A stretch of DNA of 64,000 nt from Candidatus Babeliales bacterium. Its GTDB lineage: Bacteria; Babelota; Babeliae; Babelales; JANWKD01. Below are positions 56,615 to 64,000 of this stretch, piece after piece. Below the pieces are notes generated by a model. The model was given only the letters and a program-made list of their open reading frames with translations. It had not been told where the DNA came from and made no database searches. The stretch's first letter is position 1; each line of letters opens with the position of its first letter. Both the position numbers and the translations under genes were made by a program. The stretch spans positions 32,001-96,000 of the forward strand of contig CAVRJM010000001.1 in the NCBI GenBank assembly GCA_963722075.1, in the 5' to 3' direction.

Positions 56615-57588
56615 ATAGTGGATAATCTCTTAATACTAACCAATCCCTGTTTCTTAACAATCGCCCATTGTTGATGCAAGGTATGCTGATTACTTTTCTT
56701 TTGTACTAAAAACCGTTGAATTTCTTTTAATAATTTTTCAGTAAGTTCAAAAGGCACTTGCTCTTGAATGAGCCAATATAATAAAACTCTTTTTTGTAGA
56801 AAGTTATCTAATGCTAATAATGATTGCAGATTAAGATACGGTATACCTTCGTTATCCATTATTATTTTTGTGTAAGTATCAAGCGTTAGCTTATATAAAA
56901 AGTCATCCGTTTCTTGTAATGAATGGATTGTTCGTAAAAAGTTAGCATCAAAACGCACATCAGTTTCTTGTAACGCAGGTAATACTTTCATGCGGATGCG
57001 ATTGCGTAAATAATCTAATGAGCAGTTAGTGGGGTCCGTAAGATATTCAATAGAATTATTCTGTAAATATTGCACAATATCAGTTTTATTGGTTTCTAAC
57101 AGTGGTCTAATATACAAGCCTGCTTTGGGGCGCATACTGGTAAGGCCAGAAAGGGTGGTACCACGAATAAGGCGAATAAAAAATGTTTCTTCTTGATCTT
57201 GTAAATGATGCCCCAATGCAATAGCGTTGGCATTATATGCTTGTGCAGCTTCTTCTAAAAAGGTGCGGCGCAATATTCTCCCCATTTCTTCTTTGGAACC
57301 AGTTTTTTTAATGGTTATATTTAATTGAGATGCCTTTTTACTGATAAAAGGAATATCAAGCTGTGCGCATAATTGGGTACAAAAAATAACATCTTGGGCA
57401 GAATTTGAGCGCCATTCATGATCTAAGTGCGCAGCAATAAGCTTTAGATTATAAGAATCTTTTAAATAATGAAGTATATAAGTCAAAAAAACAGAGTCAG
57501 GGCCGCCAGAAAGACCAATAATAATGGTACTTGAGGGGGTAATGAGCTGGTGCTTTTTGATAAATGAATTAATTGAATCGATAATCAT
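56599..57588 (-). CDS. tilS: tRNA(Ile)-lysidine synthetase
   Basis: SGGPDS PP-loop, GHHLQDQEET, IRPLL, DPTN...YLRNRIR. Confidence 0.95.
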   Translation of the reverse strand: MIIDSINSFIKKHQLITPSSTIIIGLSGGPDSVFLTYILHYLKDSYNLKLIAAHLDHEWRSNSAQDVIFCTQLCAQLDIPFISKKASQLNITIKKTGSKEEMGRILRRTFLEEAAQAYNANAIALGHHLQDQEETFFIRLIRGTTLSGLTSMRPKAGLYIRPLLETNKTDIVQYLQNNSIEYLTDPTNCSLDYLRNRIRMKVLPALQETDVRFDANFLRTIHSLQETDDFLYKLTLDTYTKIIMDNEGIPYLNLQSLLALDNFLQKRVLLYWLIQEQVPFELTEKLLKEIQRFLVQKKSNQHTLHQQWAIVKKQGLVSIKRLSTMSSRA

Positions 57589-57784
57589 ACATAAATAAGC
57601 ATACCAAAAAATTATATTTTTGAAATAATTTTTTTAGAAAACAAAAGGCATCATTTCATTCTAAAAGGTAATTCTTGTTTTCATAAATCTCATTTGAGTA
57701 GAATAAACCATAAGGGATAAAAAATGTTCAATCTATTTAATAGGATAATAGATTGCTCCAGTTCAATTAATTCAGGGGGCCTTA

Positions 57785-60136
57785 ATGAAAACATTATCGG
57801 TTAAAAATGTTCAAGAAAAAATTCCAGAAATTCTTCCAGTAATACCCACTATGGATGTGGTGGTATTTCCGCATATGATTGTACCGTTATTAGTTCTTGA
57901 TGAGAAAATAATAAAAGGTATTCAGCATGCTATTGAAAACTCAAAGATGATTATGCTTCTTGCAGCAAAAAAAAGAATTGATAACTACCAAGGAGCTATT
58001 GGTACTAAAGATTTATATGAAATTGGTACCGTTGCTTCCATTATGCGTCTTATTAAGATTCCTGAAGGTGGTGTTAAAATCTTGGTGCAAGGATTATGCA
58101 AAGCGCATGTTAAAGAAATTATAGCAAATGAAGATTCATTACATGTGCTTATTGAACCATTTGATTATGAAAATGCTGGTAATGATCCAGAACTATTGGC
58201 GCAAATAAAAAATATTAAAGAGCTTGCTGAAAAGATGAGTAATTCCGGTCAAGCATTTAGCCCGGATTTTTATGATATTATTGCAAAAATGAACGATCCG
58301 CAAAAGATTGCTGATTTCATTCTTTCTCACTTAAATTTAAGCGTTGAAGATGCTCAAATGCTTCTAGAAAAAAAGACCAATAAGGAGTTCTTAGAAGGAA
58401 TTTATTATTTTCTTTCTCGTGAAGTTGAAGTTGCGGAGGTGCAAGAGCGCATTAAGAATCGTGCACGTGAATCGATGAATAAATCTCAAAAAGAGTTTTA
58501 TTTACGTGAGCAGATGAAAGCAATTAAAAAAGAGCTTGGTGAAGATGATATTGAAGAAATAGAAGCTATGCGTGCAAAATTAGCACAATTAGATCTCACT
58601 AAAGAAGCGCACACCGAAGTTAAACGGCAAATTAATCGCTTAGAGCGCACGGCACAAGATTCAATGGAAGCATCAGTGACCAGAAACTATATTGAATGGA
58701 TTTTGGCACTCCCGTGGGGTAAAGAAACGGTCGATAATTTAGAAATAAAACATGCCAAGGATATATTAGACCAAGATCATTATGGTCTTGGGGATATTAA
58801 AGAACGGATTTTAGATTTTATTTCAATACGTAATCTTAAAGAAGATGGGTATACGCCAATTTTGTGTTTCGCAGGGCCTCCAGGGACTGGTAAAACGTCT
58901 TTAGGAGCTTCGATTGCAAAAAGTCTTGGCCGCGAATATTTTAGAGTTTCACTCGGTGGCGTAAAGGATGAAGCAGAGATTCGTGGTCATCGCCGCACCT
59001 ATGTGGGAGCAATGCCTGGTCGTTTTATACAAGGATTTAGAAAAGCTGGATCAATAAATCCGGTTATTATTATTGATGAACTTGATAAAATTGGTGCTGA
59101 TTTCAGAGGTGATCCATCAGCAGCCATGCTTGAAGTATTGGATCCAAGCCAAAATAAAACGTTTTATGACAACTATTTAGGGGTGGCATTTGATCTTTCA
59201 AAAGTGATCTTTATCGCTACCGCTAATAATCTTGAATCAATCTCTGAACCGTTACGTGATCGTATGGAAGTGATACAACTTTCAGGTTATACCATTATGG
59301 AAAAACTCAATATTTGTAAGCATCATCTGATTAAAAAGGCGGTTCATGATACTGGTATTAATCATACCGATATTATTTTTACTGATGATATTATTCATGA
59401 TGTTATTGGTAATTATACCCGTGAAGCAGGGGTGCGCCAATTAGAACGCGTTATTAGAAAAATGTGTTGTAAGGTTGCGCGTTCTATTGTTGAAGAGAAT
59501 AGACGTATAGAATTTACCCAGGATAATATTGAAAAATATCTGGGTCCTCGTAAATTTATTGAAGACTATGTGGAAAATGAGCATCAGGTTGGTATCACCA
59601 ATGGCCTTGCATGGACCCCATATGGCGGTGAGATGATCAAAATTGAAGCCGTGGTAATGCCTGGTAAAGGGAAATTGATATTAACGGGGCAATTGGGAAG
59701 CGTTATGCAAGAATCAGCACAAGCAGCACTTAGTTATGCGCGGGTGCATGCTAAGGCATTAGGTATTAATAAAACAATGTTTACCCAATATGATTTACAT
59801 GTACATGTACCGGCAGGTGGGGTGCCAAAAGACGGGCCTTCTGCTGGTGTTACGCTTCTTTCCTCTATATTATCGGCATTAACACAAAAACCGATCAATG
59901 CTAATTATGCAATGACGGGGGAACTTAATTTACGGGGTAATGTAATGCCTATTGGTGGGGTCAAAGAAAAGATTTTAGCAGCAAAAAGAAACAAAGTACC
60001 GCATGTTATTTTACCGCAAAAAAATAAAAGTGATCTTGTTGGGTTTGAAGAAATAATGCAAGATGTTAATATTATTTGGGTAAATCATGCTCAAGAAGTA
60101 CTTGATCATGTTCTTATCAACCCTAAGAAGCAGTAA
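57785..60136 (+). CDS. lon: ATP-dependent protease Lon
   Basis: GPPGTGKT, RRTYVGAMPG, PKDGPSAG, IGGVKEK. Confidence 0.98.
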   Translation: MKTLSVKNVQEKIPEILPVIPTMDVVVFPHMIVPLLVLDEKIIKGIQHAIENSKMIMLLAAKKRIDNYQGAIGTKDLYEIGTVASIMRLIKIPEGGVKILVQGLCKAHVKEIIANEDSLHVLIEPFDYENAGNDPELLAQIKNIKELAEKMSNSGQAFSPDFYDIIAKMNDPQKIADFILSHLNLSVEDAQMLLEKKTNKEFLEGIYYFLSREVEVAEVQERIKNRARESMNKSQKEFYLREQMKAIKKELGEDDIEEIEAMRAKLAQLDLTKEAHTEVKRQINRLERTAQDSMEASVTRNYIEWILALPWGKETVDNLEIKHAKDILDQDHYGLGDIKERILDFISIRNLKEDGYTPILCFAGPPGTGKTSLGASIAKSLGREYFRVSLGGVKDEAEIRGHRRTYVGAMPGRFIQGFRKAGSINPVIIIDELDKIGADFRGDPSAAMLEVLDPSQNKTFYDNYLGVAFDLSKVIFIATANNLESISEPLRDRMEVIQLSGYTIMEKLNICKHHLIKKAVHDTGINHTDIIFTDDIIHDVIGNYTREAGVRQLERVIRKMCCKVARSIVEENRRIEFTQDNIEKYLGPRKFIEDYVENEHQVGITNGLAWTPYGGEMIKIEAVVMPGKGKLILTGQLGSVMQESAQAALSYARVHAKALGINKTMFTQYDLHVHVPAGGVPKDGPSAGVTLLSSILSALTQKPINANYAMTGELNLRGNVMPIGGVKEKILAAKRNKVPHVILPQKNKSDLVGFEEIMQDVNIIWVNHAQEVLDHVLINPKKQ

Positions 60137-60149
60137 ATTATCATTATAA

Positions 60150-61247
60150 ATGAAAATAGTAACAGTAGGCGGCGCCACGCAGGATATTTTTTTACATTAT
60201 GAAGATGGGCAAACCATCGAAATTGAAAGCAAATTTGAAAAAAAATCCTTCCTGTTATTGCAGGAAGGATCAAAAATAGAGATAAAACAGCTTTCATATT
60301 GCATTGGGGGTGGCGCTACTAATACTGCGGTTTCATTTAGACGCTTAGGATTTGAAGTAGCTTCATTTTTTAAAGTTGGAGCTGATGATCAGGGTGCCCT
60401 TATTTTAAAATCACTTGAAAAAGAAGGAATTGATGTTAGTTATTGTCTCATAGATGATACGGCACAAACAGGAGTTTCTTATATTATTCCATCGCACACG
60501 GGCGATCGCACCATACTTGCTTACCGTGGTGCCAACGCGGCATTAAAAAAAGAGGAAATTCCTGAAACACTGTTTGATAAAAGTTCATTGTTATATATTA
60601 CTTCATTAAGTGGTCGATCTTCACACATACTATTGCCATTATGTCAAGAAGCAAAAAAGAAGGGTTTATTAGTTGCTACAAATCCTGGAACGAGCCAATT
60701 AATGGCTGGCGCACAGGATATTCGCCGTTCATTACCATCCATTGATATTTTTATTTTGAATCGTGATGAAGCAGCACTGTTGCTGATGAGCATACTCGAA
60801 TCTGAAGAAAACGTACCTACACAATTAAAGCAAAAAGTAGCTTCCCAAGAAAAGCTACCATCATTATTACAGTATTTATGTACGTATAAAGAGTATTGTT
60901 TTAATGTAGTTCATTTTTTCCAAACCATTAGTTCATTTGGTCCTAAAACAATTGTGGTTACCAATGGTGCTGAAGGAGTTTATGTATTTTGTGGAGGAAT
61001 TATCTATTTTCATCCAAGTGTTCCAATAAAACCAGTAAGCACGGTAGGTGCTGGTGATGCATTTGGTTCAGCATTTGTAGCAGGTTTGTTGAAATATGAT
61101 TCAATAGAATATGCAATACGTGCGGGCATTTTAAATAGTGTTTCGGTAATAACGCATAGTGATGCAAAAGAAGGATTGTTAACTGCACAGCAGTTAGAAA
61201 AAGAGATGAGTAGATTAGATAAAGATTTGTTACAAATTTTTAAATAA
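60150..61247 (+). CDS. PfkB-family carbohydrate kinase
   Basis: GGGATNTA, VTNGAEG, STVGAGDAFGS. Confidence 0.9.
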   Translation: MKIVTVGGATQDIFLHYEDGQTIEIESKFEKKSFLLLQEGSKIEIKQLSYCIGGGATNTAVSFRRLGFEVASFFKVGADDQGALILKSLEKEGIDVSYCLIDDTAQTGVSYIIPSHTGDRTILAYRGANAALKKEEIPETLFDKSSLLYITSLSGRSSHILLPLCQEAKKKGLLVATNPGTSQLMAGAQDIRRSLPSIDIFILNRDEAALLLMSILESEENVPTQLKQKVASQEKLPSLLQYLCTYKEYCFNVVHFFQTISSFGPKTIVVTNGAEGVYVFCGGIIYFHPSVPIKPVSTVGAGDAFGSAFVAGLLKYDSIEYAIRAGILNSVSVITHSDAKEGLLTAQQLEKEMSRLDKDLLQIFK

Positions 61248-61280
61248 AAAAAGCCTGTATTTTTCGTACAGGCTTTTTTT
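61246..61280. terminator. Bidirectional intrinsic terminator
   Basis: aaaaaaagcctgta-N7-tacaggcttttttt between convergent genes. Confidence 0.85.
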
Positions 61281-61305
61281 ATTATTCGAATTTTCCGAAC
61301 GTTTT

Positions 61306-62031
61306 TTATTTTGTTTTACCGTCTATGATGTCGTTTAAGGCTTTAGTTGTTTTAGATTGTGCCGCAGCTTTTTCAGCTTCTATTTGCTCAAGCAATCGTG
61401 ATCTCTCTTGACTAAGATCATTATATTCTTTGTCAATAGTGATAGAAGAATTGCAGAGACCAAGTTCCGCTAAACGAGTGTCTATTTGATCTAATTGCAT
61501 ATCTGCTGTCGCTTTTGTAGGAATTGAATCGGTAGGGAATACGGTTTTGATATTAATGATTCTAATCCATTTACCATTCCCTTTATCGAGCTTTAATGTA
61601 TGCGAATTTTCAAGAGCAAAAGCTATTCTACCTAAAATTTGGTCTGTTGTTTCATTATCTTTTTTAATTTTTGCTATTAATGCTAAATTTTCAAGTTTTA
61701 GATAGCCAAATCCTAGTGCTGCAATTGAGCATGCAGCTTTTCTTTCATTTACCCAATTCCATATACCTTGAGTAAAATTCCAAACAAGTTTTGGAGAATT
61801 CTTTATATAGGAATTTTGAAATCCATTTTTATAAACATTGTAGCCATCAATTAGTATACAACTGCCTACTGCAATTCCACCTACCCAAGATGCATAGTAT
61901 TTCATATTAAAAGGAGCGGCAGCCGGTTTTGAGGAGCCTGCATCACTTGTCTTCATACCATACATTTGTAAGGAGCAACTCAGCAATAAAAGTGTAGAAA
62001 TTTTTCCAATAAAATTCATGATTTTCCTCAT
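61306..62031 (-). CDS. Secreted membrane protein, YKNG paralog family
   Basis: Signal peptide; TM-DGYNVYKNGFQNSYIKNS...W-TM; coiled coil. Confidence 0.8.
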   Translation of the reverse strand: MRKIMNFIGKISTLLLLSCSLQMYGMKTSDAGSSKPAAAPFNMKYYASWVGGIAVGSCILIDGYNVYKNGFQNSYIKNSPKLVWNFTQGIWNWVNERKAACSIAALGFGYLKLENLALIAKIKKDNETTDQILGRIAFALENSHTLKLDKGNGKWIRIINIKTVFPTDSIPTKATADMQLDQIDTRLAELGLCNSSITIDKEYNDLSQERSRLLEQIEAEKAAAQSKTTKALNDIIDGKTK

Positions 62032-62143
62032 GGTTAAAATAAAAAAATATAATCACAAAAGATTATATAAAAAATTTAAAAATATACAATCAACATTTTA
62101 ATGAAGAATGTTGTATTAATACAAGAAAAGATGTAAAAAAGTC

Positions 62144-62731
62144 TCAGTCAACGCCTTTTGAAATAGGTGACGGTAAGTCATTGTTCGATTCCTGTTGTGC
62201 TATTTGCAATAGATTACGGCATAACATTTGTTGTGCATCTTCTATCTCTTGGGGCAACATACCAAATGCTGGTCCGAAAATTGCCATAGATTGTTGTGCA
62301 ATATCCATTTGTTGTGCCATATCAATAGGATTCAGCTGTAATTGTTCAGAACCCGCACCTAGGTTTGCATAATATTTAAGCGGATTATAAATTGTTTTTT
62401 CTAGCAGATAAATTTTTCTATGTAAATAAGCATTCCATAATCCAAAGGTTGCTCCCCATCCAATAACTGCCTGTTTCAAATCATGTAACGTCACCATGTT
62501 TTTACCAAAACGCCAGATTGATTGTAATGAGTTCTTTAGATAGGAATGTTCTAAACCATTTTTATAAATATTGATACTATCAAAAAGAGCAAAACACGTT
62601 CCTAAACCAGTAATTGTCCAACCAATATTTTTTTTAGTTAAAAAAGAACTATTCTTCCGTTCCATTCCATATAATGGTACTGCTGCGCAAAATAATAGTA
62701 AAAAACTAAAATATTTTTGGCTTTTATTCAT
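62144..62731 (-). CDS. Secreted membrane protein, YKNG paralog family
   Basis: Signal peptide; TM-DSINIYKNGLEHSYLKNS...W-TM. Confidence 0.8.
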   Translation of the reverse strand: MNKSQKYFSFLLLFCAAVPLYGMERKNSSFLTKKNIGWTITGLGTCFALFDSINIYKNGLEHSYLKNSLQSIWRFGKNMVTLHDLKQAVIGWGATFGLWNAYLHRKIYLLEKTIYNPLKYYANLGAGSEQLQLNPIDMAQQMDIAQQSMAIFGPAFGMLPQEIEDAQQMLCRNLLQIAQQESNNDLPSPISKGVD

Positions 62732-62879
62732 GTTTTCTCCTTTATAAATATAATATTATTATTTTATATACCCTTATTTTTTATACCTTATGAATTTTTT
62801 GCTCTTAAGTGTAAGAAAATGGTATATGATAAAAATAAATTCACCAAATGATTATCAGACAATTCCATATTAGAAAATT

Positions 62880-63815
62880 TTAAAGGCGATCTTTCCCTTT
62901 ATTATTTGATGAATTTTCTGAGGAAGAATCCTGTAAAGCATTATTATTTATCTTAGATTCATCAATTTGTATTGTCCATGAATCGGATAGAGGTTGCCAC
63001 TTCCAATAATCCTTATATTGTTTCTTTTTACACACAGTTAGTGCTTTAAATTGTTGTTGAATTTGATCAAAAGCTTTCTGGTATTCGTTTTTGGTAACAA
63101 AATTTTCCGAGAGTTCATTTGATTGTTTTTTAATTTCGTTTAACACTTCAATTAGCTGTTTATTTTGTTCAAACATGATCTGATAATCAGAGTTAATTCG
63201 TTTATTATTTGAATAATCTTTATACCAGCGCCATCCATTAAAAATAGCGCATGTGGCAAATAAGGTATGGAATGCTTTTTTGGGATGTTGTACGGTCCAA
63301 AGATTTTTTGCAAGATTCCATGCAGTATTTGAAGATTGCTTAATATAAGAATGCTCATAACCATTTTTATAAATATTTAAGCAATCAAAAAGTGTAAAGC
63401 AGGCACCCAATCCAATCATGCTGCCATACAATGTTTTTTTGGAGAACCATGAAGAATAAGGGGAAGGTGTAGGGTTGTTTGCTTCTTGGGGATTGGATAA
63501 AGAATTGATTTGTTGATCCATTTTATCAGGTTCTGGGTTTGTTCTGGTGATTGTATTTCCGTCAAGAAGTTGTGTACCATTTGATCTACCTGGAACTGTT
63601 TTACTGGTATGGTGATTATTTTTTACCGTTGTTTCGGTTACGGTACGTTTTATAGAATTTTCACCTTCGTCATTTGTTCTATTACGTTCTATTACGAATG
63701 CATCTGTTTCGTTAACTAAAGTTTGCCTTACTGATTTTTGATCCAGTTCCATACTCCAAAGCTGTGGCACGTAACTAAATAGTCCTAAAATCATTATTTT
63801 TGCATATTTATTCAT
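62880..63815 (-). CDS. Secreted membrane protein, YKNG paralog family
   Basis: Signal peptide; TM-DCLNIYKNGYEHSYIKQS...W-TM; coiled coil. Confidence 0.8.
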   Translation of the reverse strand: MNKYAKIMILGLFSYVPQLWSMELDQKSVRQTLVNETDAFVIERNRTNDEGENSIKRTVTETTVKNNHHTSKTVPGRSNGTQLLDGNTITRTNPEPDKMDQQINSLSNPQEANNPTPSPYSSWFSKKTLYGSMIGLGACFTLFDCLNIYKNGYEHSYIKQSSNTAWNLAKNLWTVQHPKKAFHTLFATCAIFNGWRWYKDYSNNKRINSDYQIMFEQNKQLIEVLNEIKKQSNELSENFVTKNEYQKAFDQIQQQFKALTVCKKKQYKDYWKWQPLSDSWTIQIDESKINNNALQDSSSENSSNNKGKDRL

Positions 63816-64000
63816 AATGTTCCCTTATAATGGAATTTTGTTTTCGTTCCAGATAAGTATATAAAAAATAATTAAATATACCATTATGAAATTTAAAAAA
63901 GGGCTGTTTTATATCCCTATTATTTTTTATACAATTAATTATGATTAAAAATATGGCTTACCGTAGGGTATAATGGTACATAAATCAATAATTTCGTTAC

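Overview
AT-rich bacterial chromosomal window. Gene content and protein style (many short secreted orphans, an F-box/ankyrin protein, Cys-rich envelope proteins, type IV pilin, split ATP synthase locus) suggest an intracellular parasite of protists, most likely Candidatus Dependentiae/Babelota (TM6); this is inference, not a database result. Housekeeping genes: atpI/atpB/atpE, folC-like, tsaC, pilA/pilD, rbfA, rpsU, gltX, a TamA/BamA-family gene, potABCD, metG, tilS, lon, pfkB. Main candidate system (about 33-52 kb): three long secreted fibre-like genes with a shared N-terminal domain ending in RxxR, a stalk of 7/11-residue-register repeats carrying Cys-Cys pairs and D/E-x-N-x-S/T sequons, and one of two C-terminal heads (phage-virion-like domain or right-handed beta-helix). 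Three separately secreted head-only genes lie alongside. Other notable items: a four-fold fused ATP synthase c subunit (E/Q/E/D), a giant Cys-rich secreted protein paired with a putative beta-barrel, a dispersed palindromic element (one copy supplies the tilS stop codon), decaying toxin-antitoxin modules, and several single-base frameshifts that may be real or assembly errors. No rRNA, tRNA, CRISPR array or transposase was recognised. All assignments are by eye.
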